From the NCBI RefSeq assembly GCF_009834535.1, contig NC_045696.1, positions 12,154,001 to 12,218,000 of the forward strand: a stretch of 64,000 nt of DNA, written 5' to 3'. A program made the position numbers and the translations under genes. The notes beneath the pieces were generated by a model. That model was not told the origin of the DNA, searched no databases, and saw only the letters and a list, made by a program, of their open reading frames with translations. How positions within the stretch are numbered: position 1 is the stretch's first letter; each line of letters begins with the position of its first letter. The DNA comes from Camelus ferus (lineage: Eukaryota). Of this stretch, positions 39,185 to 52,275 are shown in pieces.

Positions 39185-39765
39185 TGTATATTATTTTCAG
39201 ATTCTTTTCCATCATATGTTATTATAAGAAATTGAATATAGTTCCTTGTGCTATATACAGTAGGTCCTTGTTGTTTATCTGTTTTATATACAGTAACGTG
39301 TGTCTGCTAATTGCTGACCCCTAATTATCCCTCCTCGCCCTTTCCCCTTTTGTAACCGTAGTTTATTTTCTATTTCCATGAGTCTGTTTTTGGTTTATAA
39401 ATAGAATTTATATCTTTTTTTTTAGGATTCCACATATAAATTGTATCATATGATATTTATCTTTCTCTGCCTGACTTATTTCACTTAATAAGATAATCTC
39501 TAGGTCCATCCATGTTGCTGCAAATTCTGTTGCTGCATAATTCTGTTTTATGGCTATTATTCCATTGTGTATATATACCATATCTTCTTTATCCATTCAT
39601 CTGTTGAAGGACATTTAGGTTGCTTCCATGTCTTGGCTATTGTAAATAGTGCTGCTATGAACATCAGGGTGCATGTGTCTTTTCGAGTCAGAATTTTCTA
39701 GGGATGTATATGCAGGATCATATCTAGTTTTAGTGTTTTAAGGACCTCCATACTGTTATCCATAG
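39185..39765 (-). mobile_element. Second L1 3' fragment (different 3' UTR), lacking its own tail
   Basis: Repeats the 3' UTR-to-ORF2 order ('tatagttccttgtgctatatacagtaggtccttgttg'; FAATWMDLEIILLSEISQ). Confidence 0.85.
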
Positions 39766-41520
39766 TCTATAGAAAGTCCTGCTAAGAAAAAATCTTTAGT
39801 TGATCTAAATGCTGTGCTTAGTGACGTAGTTGATTTACCATGTGGCTGAATTATATTTTGGTGTAAGCTCCTGACTTCATCAAGGATGAGTAACGAATAG
39901 CTTGAGAACCTAAATTTTAAGTAGCCCTGCTATAGGGGATATAAAACAGATATAATGACTCTTGCTCCTGGGAACTTTCATTCTAGTTGAAGAAATATAA
40001 TATGATATTTTAAAACAAGGACAGCAAAAACTGGATCCCAAGATGATAAGTGTGCAGCTCAGTAAAAAGAATAAAGGAAGTAAAATGACTCCAAACTTTT
40101 AATCCAATGCTCTGATTTTTGCAGATCAAGAAACAAAGGCTATTTTAAGCAAGTCTTAATAATGTAAAATGCTTCCATGAAACAAAAAATAGAAATATAG
40201 TTTAAAATACGACCAGATGTTAGCCATGATGTGAACATTCACAACACTTACAGGTGAGTATGGGTACCACAAGACAACTTTTCTCATCCATCTTTACCTG
40301 TAGATTGAATCATATCCAAATTTTGCATGATGATATATGACAATCAGGATATAAGTGATTTAAAAGTGTACTTTTGCAGTCTATACATAATTGCTCTACT
40401 TAAAAATTCTAATTTATCTCTTACTAAATAAAACAGTTGCAGATACTTAAGTAAGCACTTTCTGAGTGGCTGTATTTGAAGGGCTTTTAAAGGTAAATAA
40501 TATACAGCAAGGCTTTCAAACATTCGTTTGTTGATTACAAATACAATTTTAGGTAGCCTGACGGTCGTCATTGTTTTCAGGGGGGAAATATTGTCAACAA
40601 TAGTAGACTTAGCTGAGCCAGACATTATGCCAAGAGTAGAACTGATTAGAGGTATTGGGTTCAAAGTGCCAGATTTCTGAAATAGTCACTTCCTACAGAC
40701 AGATGAGTTAAATCAGCAGATTGTTATGGCAATAGAAAAAGAAATGAACATATCTTTAGGAACAAAATAAATGATCTGGCAGTACCAATTCATGCTGTCA
40801 CAGGGAAAGGAGAAAGAAAAAATCTCTACTCCAAGACGAAGTCAACGCTTTTGTGGTTCATGTGCTTCCTGACAAAATATTTGATCTGCTCGGGCACACA
40901 CGAGAGGGGCACAGCTGGCAAGAGAGAGAGACAGATTCTAGCGCAGAAATGTTACAACACACTCTTCAAATGTGTTATAGAAAAACCATCTGATTTACAA
41001 TTCTGGCCTTCATTAGCTCCATCCCCGTCACTGAACTAAGGGAACACACACTAGAACTCACACATCAAAATGAAATCGTAAGGAAACCTAAACAAAATGT
41101 AAACAAAAAAAATATATCCTGAAAAATTAGCAAGCCCACTGTCACGGTGAGCAAATGTTGGGTTATTTTTCCCAAAATCTGTTGCTTTGTTCAATTGTAC
41201 TTTGAAATATTTATTAAAAAAATTTTTTTTGGCCCTTTAGATATTCTTTGGAAGAAGTCTAATTAACAATGAACAGAGCAGATGAAGAAGGTTTTGTGGG
41301 GATCAAGGTGGAGAGATACACAAGCTTATTTGTTGCAATGATCTTTACCGATTGGGGATGAACTGTGCATAGATGAATCCTGTGTGTGTGACTGTTTCTT
41401 TTTCTTTTTTGGTGCTTTTGAATCCCCTTCAAGATGAGAGGGCATCTGGAGGCCTTTCTCTTCAGACTCTTACAAGGTTAATGTAGACACAATGCAGAAA
41501 CTTGTATGAACTTCACTCTT

Positions 41521-41903
41521 TTTATGAACTATATTGTGCCCCCTCCAGATTCATGCACTAAAGCCCTCGCCTCTGATGTGACTGTACTTGGAGAGGGGGC
41601 CTTTGAGGAGGCAATTAAAGTTAAATGAGGTCATTGGGTGTGGTCTTAATCCAATAGGCCAGGTGTCCTTATAAAAAGAGAGAACGACACCAGGGGTGTG
41701 CTCACACAGAGAAAAGGCCATGTGAGGACACAGCAAGAAATTCACCACCGACAATTTAAGGAGGGAGGCCTTGTGAGAAACCAAGCCTGCTGACACCTTG
41801 ATCTTGGACTTCCAGCCTCCAGAACTGTGAGAAAATAAAGCTCTGTTGTTTAAGCCGCTCAGTCTGTGGTGCGTGGCCACAGTAATCCTAGCAGACTAAA
41901 ATA
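41521..41903 (+). mobile_element. MaLR LTR, MLT1A/B-like
   Basis: 'ttaaagttaaatgaggtca', 'ctgctgacaccttgatcttggacttccagcctccagaactgtgagaaaataaa', end 'cctagcagactaaaata'. Confidence 0.92.
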
Positions 41904-42588
41904 ACTCTAGAGCTGTCTACTCAGAGTGTGTTTGTGGACCAGGGCCAGGCTATGAGGTGATGTTAGCAGCCCACGGGGAGTAAGGACTAAAATTGAGAGT
42001 AAGATTAAGAAACTTAAAAAAAAAATTGACAGATTTGTTTTATGACTCTTGATGCTGATAATATAATCTTGGGGCTATTATTCTTTTTAAAAATTTCACT
42101 TTCTTCACAATTCACTTTTATTCTATTTTACAAAATTACCACTCTGTGATGTACTGGAAACATCCACCCTTCATCCTACAGTCACATGTGGAAGGAAACT
42201 AGTTCCCTCACTTCCCCTCTGTTTTGGGTCTGAGACAGCAATTAGATCCTGTAATCTCTAACTGATGTAGGTCCCAGAAATGAGAGCAAGACTGACCAGC
42301 ATTTTCCCCACTCAGATTTTCATTGAGCAACAGCCCAGAATTTGATGATCATATATCTTGTATTAAACTGTCTCTTCTTTTTGCTCAAAGTGTGAATAAG
42401 ATGCTGGTTGGTTTCCTTTGAGGCCAGATATTTTGAGGCTTCTCTTAGTCTCAAAGTAGCAACAAAACTGAATTCAATGGAAGAATTCCTTATGGGGTTA
42501 TTTCAAGCCACAAGGAGAGGGAAGCTTTGACAGGGATTGGGTTCAGCTGCACATATCCCCCCCCCCAAAAAAAAACCCAAATAACAAG

Positions 42589-42688
42589 NNNNNNNNNNNN
42601 NNNNNNNNNNNNNNNNNNNNNNNNNNNNNNNNNNNNNNNNNNNNNNNNNNNNNNNNNNNNNNNNNNNNNNNNNNNNNNNNNNNNNNNN
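42589..42688. other. Assembly gap (exactly 100 N)
   Basis: Run of 100 N, a conventional unknown-size scaffold gap. Confidence 0.99.
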
Positions 42689-44204
42689 TCCTTGCTTAAG
42701 ATCTCCCAGAAAATTGTGAAGAAAGGCAATCTAGCACCCAGAGGTAGAATGTACAAATTGTGGAATGGTGATATTCATGACTCTAAGTCTCACTGGATAC
42801 AGGTTTGTCAAAATATTAAAAGGATTCCTTATTTCAGTGAAAATTTGGATTACAAAATGAATATATTTTCTCATGAACAGATTTAACAAATATTCCATAA
42901 AATATTATGGGTTAGACATATATTCAGAATACAAAGAAAAATAGAATATCTTAGCTTTCAAGAGGCACATAGTTTAGAAGATTATTAATCAAAGCTAGAG
43001 TCTTGCTCATAATCATCTGCTTTATCAGGGATCACTTTGCTGCCCATTACTGCTTCAAAGATTTTTGAACTTTTGATCAGAATAATCCCACATCAGCCTT
43101 CCAAGCCACAAATTTTGTAAACAAGTGAAAGATACTGTTTGGATCCTTGAACATTAATCAATAATGTTGAGAGTATTAAACTTTCCAATACTTTCTAATG
43201 GTGCTTCTAGAGCTTTCTTATTTCAAAACACTTGAGAAGAGGGACACTTGAAAGAAGTAATGGGCCCAGAGGACTGAGAAATTCAGAAGAAGGTAGAAAG
43301 AGAAAGATGTCTTTGAAGATCAAATGCTCAATTATGATCTAACACAAGGAAGAGAAATTGAAAATCATCATTTGTCCTGATTCTCACAGACTCAACCTGT
43401 AACCCACCAAGAGGATTTCACTGTGTGATTTTTGAGAAAAACAGAAGTTCCTGGTTCTATAATACATTTTACAAACACTTAAAAAATAATGGATATTGTA
43501 TGACTCATCCTTGCTCAGTAATACTAGTCAGTATAAAAAATGACAGATTTTACTGTAGATGCAATTAATTCCCAGAAGTGACTTTCTCGCAAATAGAAAC
43601 TCTTTCGGTTAATTAATTTCTTTGAATGGTGGGATTTAAGGGACTCAATAAGCGTGAACAGAAAAAACATGTAAGACAGTAAAATATTAACCACTGTGTT
43701 TGACCAGGAATGACAATTTTAAACAATGTGTTATGCCCCATTAATCTGTTAAATTTTCTATCAACACAGGCTTAGTAACCAGTTGAAAACCTTGATCACA
43801 TTCTGGAAATTCACATTATAGATTCTCAAGTTACAATCTCTTTTATCCTAATGAACAATGTATATTCATTTCAAAAGAATAAATGTAACATAGAAGGAAG
43901 TCAGTCCACTTAAATGGAGGGTTTATAATTTAATTTTTTATACACCATTTTCTTATTTCAGTTGGTAGTGACTTCTGATTGTTCTTTACTGTGAAATTTC
44001 CCCTTTCATGATTTAATTGACTTATGCAAATAACTATAACAAAAGTTGAAAAATCATGAGTCTTTTTGAAAATTAGCATAGCAATATGTATACATCCCCC
44101 CAGAACGTATAAAAGAATTTTCTGTGAATCACCAGTGGGTTCGTTTAAGTAAAATATGTAAAAATGATGGCTAAGTAACAAATGAGAAAATGTAATATTT
44201 CCTG

Positions 44205-44415
44205 AACCAAGTACTTCATAGGGATCTCTCCCATTTAAATCTATAAGCCAGATATTACCATTACTCTATTATTCTCATGTTGGTAATGAGGAGTCTAAGG
44301 CTTAGGAGACCCTTTGACATGCCGGGGCCACTCAGCTAGCAACAGATGGAACAAAAATGTCATTCATCAGGCATTTAAATTCCAGAAGCCTGAGCTTTTA
44401 AACACCATACAGTAC
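44205..44415 (-). mobile_element. MIR SINE
   Basis: 'ctattattctcatgttggtaatgaggagtctaaggcttaggaga...ggccactcagctagc'. Confidence 0.7.
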
Positions 44416-45369
44416 TAACCTAGGTTCTCATACCACATCAAACAATGGTAACTGTGATGTAACAAAACTGTCTGCCTCAGACAATATGTTTTGTTAACAC
44501 ACACACTCACATACATGGAAATGACAAAATTGCAACCATTATTATAACTGGATGATGAGATTATAAGTAACCCTTTTTATATTGTTCTTTATGTTTTTCT
44601 ATGCATTTCCAACTTTCTACAATATTTACTTTTTCTAATAAAAATTTTATTGACTAGCATAGATATATTGAAGTCATTGTCAATCTTTCCTTATAGCATT
44701 AATAATAATTTGATACAATCTTATGATAATGGTAATATATTATGATACTAATAAATAAAATGATTTTTTATTTGATATGATAAGTCTAAGTTTAATGACT
44801 TTTTGGAGATATGAGGGTTACTGAGAAATACTCCAGTCTGAAAACATTTTCCTTTGCTCTAGGGAATAAGCATTATTCAACTATAACTTCAGCTACTATT
44901 TGACTAGGTTTCAAACCAGCATTCCTGAACAGTATTTAGTTGTCTTGATATTTAAGTAAGATAAATTATTTAGCCTACTGCCTGGCAGAATAAACAATAA
45001 ACACGATAAATATCAGCTAAGTATAACCATATACATCCGAAAAGAAATACCCGAAATATTACGTATTTATTCTTGGAAAATGACATTTTTATTTTCTTCT
45101 TCTTTTTTTTTTTTCCCCAAAAGAAGCTCTTCTCACAGAACTCTACTTAACCAATTTGCTTCTTTCTCTTTACTTCCTCCTATAAAACATCCTATGATAG
45201 TTTGCTTACACATTGCTACCCTCTCCATTTGAGTTTTAGCTCCCAGGTCAAATGTGTTTTCCTTGAACCTGCTTATTCTATTCATGTCTGTTATATTAAT
45301 TATATACATTAACTAATTTATACATGAACAGATTGAATATAATTATTAAAAAATCATTTTACTGAAAAT

Positions 45370-45540
45370 AATGGAATAATTAGAGAAAACTGGATTAAAA
45401 TGAATTTCTAAAAGAATTGCTGTTGGTTTTTGGTGTAGATAAGACAAGTATAAAACCTTGGAGAAAAAGTTAAAGCCTAGGAAGATTCTACACTAATTTG
45501 CATAGCAATATTCCTAAATTTTTAGTCCACTTTTTAATAA
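45370..45540 (+). mobile_element. Tigger/TcMar-like DNA transposon remnant (transposase N-terminal HTH)
   Basis: Frame-corrected KRIAVGF/GVDKTSIKPWRKS resembles the CENP-B/Tigger psq-type HTH (IAxxxGVxxTTVKxWxKN). Confidence 0.45.
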
Positions 45541-45894
45541 TATCAAATAATGTCTTCTGTGAACATGAATATCTACTAGAATTAAGAAAACATATTTAAA
45601 TATGTGTTAAACATGTGACCTAAAATAATGGTATATTAAAATACTTTGTACTTTAAATTTTATCTACAAAAATATTTTTTAAAATGTGTGTAATAGATTC
45701 CCTTTGGCCTATTTTTGCATGCTCATTTTATTTTATTTTTTTATTTTTTATTTTTTTTACTGTAAGTGCAAATATTTCTATTAGGCATGTTTCTAGGAGT
45801 GGAATTGTTGGGTTATGGGATATGCATATATTTAGCTTGGTCAAAACTGACAGTCAAAACAGTTTTACAAAGTAGTTCTGATTCTTCCCTTTCC

Positions 45895-47360
45895 TTTTTA
45901 TTTTTTTTATTTTTTTAACATTTTTTATTGATTTATAATCATTTAACAATGTTGTGTCAAATTCCAGTGTTCAGCACAATTTTTCAGTCATTCATGGACA
46001 TATACACACTCATTGTCACATTTTTTTCTCTGTGAGCTACCATAACATTTTGTGTATATTTCCCTGTGCTATACAGTATAATCTTGTTTATCTATTCTAC
46101 AATTTTGAAATCCCAGTCTATCCCTTCCCACCCTCTGCCCCACTGGCAACCACAAGTCTGTATTCTCTGTCTATGAGTCTATTTCTGTCCTGTATTTACG
46201 CTTTGTTTTTGTTTGTTTGTTTGTTTTTGTTTTTGTTTGTTTAGATTCCACATATAAGCGATCTCATATTGTATTTTTCTTCCCCTTTCTGGCTTACTTC
46301 ACTTAGAATGACATTCTCCAGAAGCATCCATGTTGCTGCAAATGGCATTATGTTGTCAATTTTTATGGCTGAGTTGCATTCCATTGTATAAATATACCAC
46401 ATCTTCTTTATCCAGTCACCTGTTGATGGACATTTAGGCTGTTTCCATGTTTTGGCTATTGTAAATAGTGCTGCTATGAACATTGGGGTGCAGGTGTCAT
46501 CCTGAAGTAGATTTCTGGATACAAGCCCAGGAGTGGGATTCCTGGGTCATATGGTAAGTCTATTCCTAGTCTTTTGAGGAATCTCCACACTGTTTTCCAT
46601 AGTGGCTGCACCAAACTGCATTCCCACCAGCAGTGTAGGAGGGTTCTCCTTTCTCCACAGCCTCTCCAGCATTTGTCATTTGTGGATTTTTGAATGACGG
46701 CCATTCTGACTGGTGTGAGGTGATGCCTCATTGTAGTTTTGATTTACATTTCTCTGATAACTAGTGATATTGACCATTTTTTCATGTGCCTTTTGATCAT
46801 TTGTATGTCTTCCTTGGAGAATTGCTTGTTTAGGTCTTCTGCCCATTTTTGGATTGGGTTGCTTATTTTTTTCTTATTGAGTCGTATGAGCTGCTTATAT
46901 ATTCTGGAGATCAAGCCTTTGTTGGTTTCATTTGGAAAAATTTTCTCCCATTCCGTAGGTTGTCTTCTTGTTTTACTTATGGTTTCCTTTGCTGTGCAGA
47001 AGCTTGTAAGTTTCATTAGGTCCCATTTGTTTATTCTTGATTTTATTTCTACTAGGAGAAAATTTTTGAAATGTTTGTCAGATAATGTTTTGCCTATGTT
47101 TTCTTCTAGGAGGTTTATTGTATCTTGTCTTATGTTTAAGTCTTTGATCCATTTTGAATTGATTTTTGTATATGGTGTAAGGGAGTGTTCTAGCTTCATT
47201 GTTTTACATGCTGCTGTCCAGTTTTCCCAACACCATTTGCTGAAGAGACTGTCTTTATTCCATTGTACATTCTTGCCTCCTTTGTCGAAGATTAGTTGAC
47301 CAAAAGTCTGTGGGTTCATTTCTGGGCTCTCTATTCTGTTCCATTGGTCTATATGTCTGT
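45895..47360 (-). mobile_element. Young 5'-truncated camelid L1 (ORF2 C-terminal part plus 3' UTR)
   Basis: ORFs 46744-47370 ([12 protein letters not shown]...[11 protein letters not shown]), 46474-46731 ([11 protein letters not shown]...CWRGCGE...LHCWWEC) and 46241-46483 are consecutive ORF2 segments broken by a few lesions; tail at about 45895-45930. Confidence 0.97.
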
Positions 47361-47602
47361 GCATGCTCATTTTAAAGCACTAATTTTGGATTATATCACA
47401 AAAATAAATATTAACACCATATGACATGTAAGTAAGTAATGAATTACAGTGAATATGGATATAGAATTAATATAATGTGATGAAATATCAACCCAATCAA
47501 AAGAACAAAATTTAAGCTTATCAAATATGACTGGCTTATTTATGCAATATTAATTCTATCTGTGACTTTCATAAATTTTTCATGTTTTACTCACTTCCCA
47601 AA

Positions 47603-47701
47603 TGTCATGAATTTTACAGTTCAATATATAATGAAAAATAACTATCAATGTGTGTCATGAATTTTACAGTTCAATATATAATGAAAAATAACTATCAATG
47701 T
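47603..47701. repeat. Tandem duplication, two identical 49-bp copies (period 50)
   Basis: 'tgtcatgaattttacagttcaatatataatgaaaaataactatcaatgt' at 47603-47651 and 47653-47701. Confidence 0.95.
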
Positions 47702-50319
47702 AGTTATCATTATAAGCATAACTTTGAGAAATAATATATCATAAAATCATGAAAATATCATAAAGTATCATGCTAGGAGTCCTTGTGAAACCAATCATCA
47801 AAGATTTTTTAAATTAGCATATTGTGTTAAATTTAAATACGTGACAACCATCTGAATTTAAAAGAGATATGCAATCTAATCCAAAGAGTTCAGCATACCA
47901 GGGATAGTTTTAAGGAAAATTACTTTCAATTCAAAAAGATTTTAATCACTTTAAAAAGTTAAGACTTTCAAAAAACGTTAAGCTACATCCATATTGAAAT
48001 GGCTTTCCTTCATTAATATTTTTAACACCTAAAATGCAAAATAGTGATTGGTATATATAATTGGTTGCCATATCAAATTCTAAAGGCCTTAATTCAGAAG
48101 TAATCTCTAGGTTTTCAATCATTTTGCATTTAAGAGTGCCTTTTAACTGGAACAGCTATCACACATCTTAGTGGTTCTCAAAAGCTATTCATTATGTGAT
48201 TTAATCTTTCTTCTCCTTTAAGCAGTATATCCCTTAGTGAAAGTTACTGTACAGTAAAAATATTATCCAGAACATAAACAAAAAAACTTGCTTTTCCCAT
48301 ATTCCCAACCCATCCTCACACAAAAATATTTTCAGTGTTATGGGGAAAAATATCATAGGCAGGTTATATATAATCTTATATATAAGAACTCCTGTTATGA
48401 GTAGCAGAATAGGCACAAATACTTCTTTCGGCTCTGTTTCAAATAGATATTGGAATATGCAACTGAGAAGAGAATCAATGGGAAACTTTTGGGAAAAAAA
48501 GTACATCATCCACAAATAGTTAAGAATGATCAAAACAAAAAAGCATGTCTGTACAAATGTTGGAGGAAAGTGCTCAGTAAGAAAGAGCCGTGGCGCATAT
48601 GGTAGCCTGCTTTCACACCATAAATCTCAGAGTCCTTCATATAGAGTGTGTGTGCTTGGAGATGCCAAAGAGTGCATTAAGATATCTTGGCTCTAATTGG
48701 GGCCTCTGTAAATGTCAGCACATTTATCACGTTGCTCAGGCGCCACACTACTTAAAACCACAGCAAAGGATTTATCTCCTTTGGATTTGTGTTTGGGTCC
48801 AGAGCTTCCCCCAAAATGTTTCCCCTAAGTTTCAAGTTGCTCTCCACTTAACTTAGTCTTAATCAACATAGGTGGTTTTTGGTCCCTCTCACAAAAAATT
48901 AATTTAGATTCAATTAACTAATGATTTATGAAATGTGAAGTCAGTTTATTGATGATCTTAACATTAAAGAGCTGTTTGGGCAAAAGGACAATGAATAGAA
49001 TGAAATTTGCCCTCCAGAAAGCATTAAAAAAGGAACTATTTTTTCAATAAAATTCAATATTTATTAGAAGCAGGACAAAATAAATACGTGAAGATATGAT
49101 GATGAGGACCAAATGGAAAAAAAAATGTGCATTTGCCAATTTATAGGACAGTCACTAAGCATAGCCTATTAATGAGAGTTCTGCACAAAAGACCTTCTAG
49201 ATCACTTCTGCCAACAGCAGTAGGTTATTGCTGTGGATACAAGATAACTCTTCTTGGTGGTAAAAGCTGTTTCCTTTGGGTATTTAAATCATGGCTGAGG
49301 TCATTAAAATTAAAAACGATCAATATGAATCATTATATATTGACTCATTTAATGGATACAATGCAATTTTTCATTTTACTTCCTGTATTCCAGACTGCTC
49401 TAAGAAGCCAACTTACAAAGAATGTGTGTGGTTCCCTTTGAATTCAAGATTCAAAGTGAATAACAAAAGGAAAGTCTCTCTTGATTATCCACGATTCCTT
49501 TTTGTCCTTCTTACAGGAATAATTTGAAGTATTAACTGACTTATCAATTACCTTGACAGTTTCTGAGTAAATTTTCCAGCAAATTAAAAACCTTCCTCTG
49601 GACTTATGCTTCATTTAGCAAAGTAAATACCACAAGTTGTTAAAGGAAAGCAAAATAATCTTTGAAGTTTTATTCTGTTTGTGAGGCAAGCTCATACATG
49701 TGCAACAGTCAGATCAGAATCATCTAGAATGGGGGTTAACGAAGAAACAAACAAGGCGGTGCTGTCTATCGGAGTTCTGGAAATACAAAGACTAAAAAGA
49801 ACGCTGGTGAGATACAGAAACTTTATCACATCCCACATTTCCGAGCAGATGGGCTGTTACATCATACAGTGGGTTTTACAGAGCAAATTCAGGAATGAAG
49901 AGACAGGAAAGAGGGTGAAGTGTTTACTTATAAATGACATGAACTGAATACCACCACCTTGTCAGTTTATGGAGCCCATGCCTGTAGCTCAGTTCTCAAT
50001 TTTTTTCATAGGAAACACCACAAGCTGTTTTTGCAGTGCTTGACAAAGGGTAGACAATAAGAATTTGTTGAATAAAATAACTTCATAATCAAACAATTTC
50101 CACTCGTTGAGGTATATTGCATGCAAGCTTCCACTGTAACAAACTGAGAGCCATAGACAGTCTCTCCATAGAAAACTTAGCCTTGTTTCCATTAATCTAC
50201 CTTAGTACTGGCCTAGTCATACTATAAATCCTCTCACGTGTGATATCTTCATCCTTCTGCAAAGGAATAATCTGATCAATATTATTGAGAACCATCTCTT
50301 CCATTGTGTGTTTGAGTTC

Positions 50320-50515
50320 TGAGTTGTCAGATAAATCGCAGGGCGTCTAGTTAATTTGGGATTTCGTATATAAACAATGAGTAGTTTTTCAGGATAAGTG
50401 TCTCTCAAGCAGTACTTGCGACATACTTATACTAAAAAAAAAAATTCTTTGTTAATCTGAAATTCAGATTTAACTGGGCATCCTGCTTTTTTATTGGCTA
50501 AATCTGATAACCCTA
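50320..50515. mobile_element. hAT DNA transposon MITE, MER53-like
   Basis: Inverted ends 'gagttgtcagat' / 'atctgataaccct'; internal 'gacatacttatactaaaaaa...tctgaaattcagatttaactgggcatcctg'. Confidence 0.85.
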
Positions 50516-52004
50516 TTCAGGTTGCTATTCAGGCCATGTCCTTAAGTTTCATTGAAATTGACAAAAACCATGAATTGTTTGACTTTGTATCTGATGAAGC
50601 AAATCTGGCAGGTGAAGCACTGTAACTGGTTCCACTCTTCTGACTCACCGTAAACGTGATCTAAATATGTTCAATTTTTTACATTATTAATGTCAAGCTA
50701 TTTTTTTAAGGAAAAAAACACAGGGTTTTTCATAAAGTTGTCTTATCTTTTGCTGTCAAATCATTTTTATATATATTAGAAATCGTAAATGGACAGCACT
50801 TTAAATTTCTTAGGGAGACATGAATTAGATGTTTAATCTTGTGGTCAAACCAAGAAAAAGGGAGAAAAAATGTGGCACTCTATGTGTGAAAAAGAAGAGA
50901 GATGGGGGTGGAGCTCAATTAAATAAACATGTCAGAGGAATAATTAAATAAACTCAGTGTACAGCGATATTTTTCAAAACTTCGGAACATTCTTGAGTAT
51001 AGCTAACTGAGACACAATTCGCTGATGAGCAGTTTTTCTGGCCCACTGCATGAGTTATTTTTGAAAGTGTACAGCCAGAAAATGACTATTCACATGCTAT
51101 CCGCAGAATTTTGTGCCACGTAATAGTAATTTACAGGGTCCTTTTAATCTCCCAATCCGCAGGCATTGCTAATGCATGTCTGAAGTTCTTTTATGCAAGG
51201 TAAACCTCCATTGTTATGGAATGTGTGTGCCATTTTTCTATTTGGAAATTAATTTTTGGACTTCCTTAGCACATACCGTTCTAAATCCATTGCCTCTACT
51301 CCTTAAATATAATGCAAATGTTCGGAACAATATTCTGCACTTCTGTGCATAATCGTGCCCTATGATGAGTCACTATTATGATTTGACTTTGCCCATGATG
51401 GACTGTGCTTTGCATTCTCCCAGAAGAGAAGATAGTAGGAAAAAGAAAAAGGAAAAAAAAAAAAAAAAGCTTTACACGACCCCTTTTGCCTCCCATGTTT
51501 GTTCCCTTCTTAAAATGAACATGCACAGCATAATCATGTTTTGGAATGTTTTCTTTTAGCAAAGTATTGCGCTGTGGACACACTGACATATGCCAAGGCG
51601 TATTTTGTGTCTCTGTTGCCTCCTTCCTTCAGCACGCTATGCAGATGTGTCGCTGGTGGTTACTGCATGACTAATTTTCAAGTCTACATTTGGTTTGAAA
51701 CTGGGAAAAATAAAAGCAGAGTTTTAATAGAGGTAGATTTTAAATAGCAATAACAAGGTTAAATTTTCATTTATCTATTAAGGCATATGATGCTCAGAGC
51801 ATATAATCTCTTAGAAGTGAGAATCATAAGGCTTGTTAAAATATTAAAACCCCAGGCAAGTTGCTAAACCCTCCCTTCAGTGGAACTAAACTGGTGGCTG
51901 GGATATGCTTTCCTCAATGTTTACCCTCACTGCTCCCAGGAATAAACTCAGTGATATCTGTAGTATAATAAATTCTACAGTTTATAATATTAGCATAGAG
52001 TATC

Positions 52005-52275
52005 TATATTTGTTCTTTCACTCAACAAGTATTTGCTAACTACCAGGCCCATTTGTAAATGCTCAGGTTCATCGATGAACAAAACAGACAACAATTTCTG
52101 CTTTCAGGAAGTTTAAAGTTCTGGCAGCCTTATAGGTGTAATGACCCCAGGAGAGCTGGCTAACTTCCTTACTAGACTGTCAACCCCTGCATGCAGAATC
52201 TTTTCCTCTCCATTGCCAAGAACTGGGCCTGAAACAAAAGAAAGGTTTTAGGTGCACTTGTTGAATTTGTCTGAA
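52005..52275. mobile_element. L2 3' fragments
   Basis: 'ttcactcaacaagtatttgctaactacc...gatgaacaaaacagaca' (minus) and 'ctagactgtcaacccc...cacttgttgaat' (plus). Confidence 0.5.

Noticed and set aside
40125..40253. Possible exon (ttttgcag| ... cag|gtgagt)
   Set aside because: Stops in all three frames and no partner exons; a non-coding exon cannot be shown from sequence alone.
46744..47370. 208-aa ORF as a host gene, and its 186-aa antisense partner
   Set aside because: Fragment of L1 ORF2 in a truncated insertion; the antisense ORF is the usual L1 shadow.
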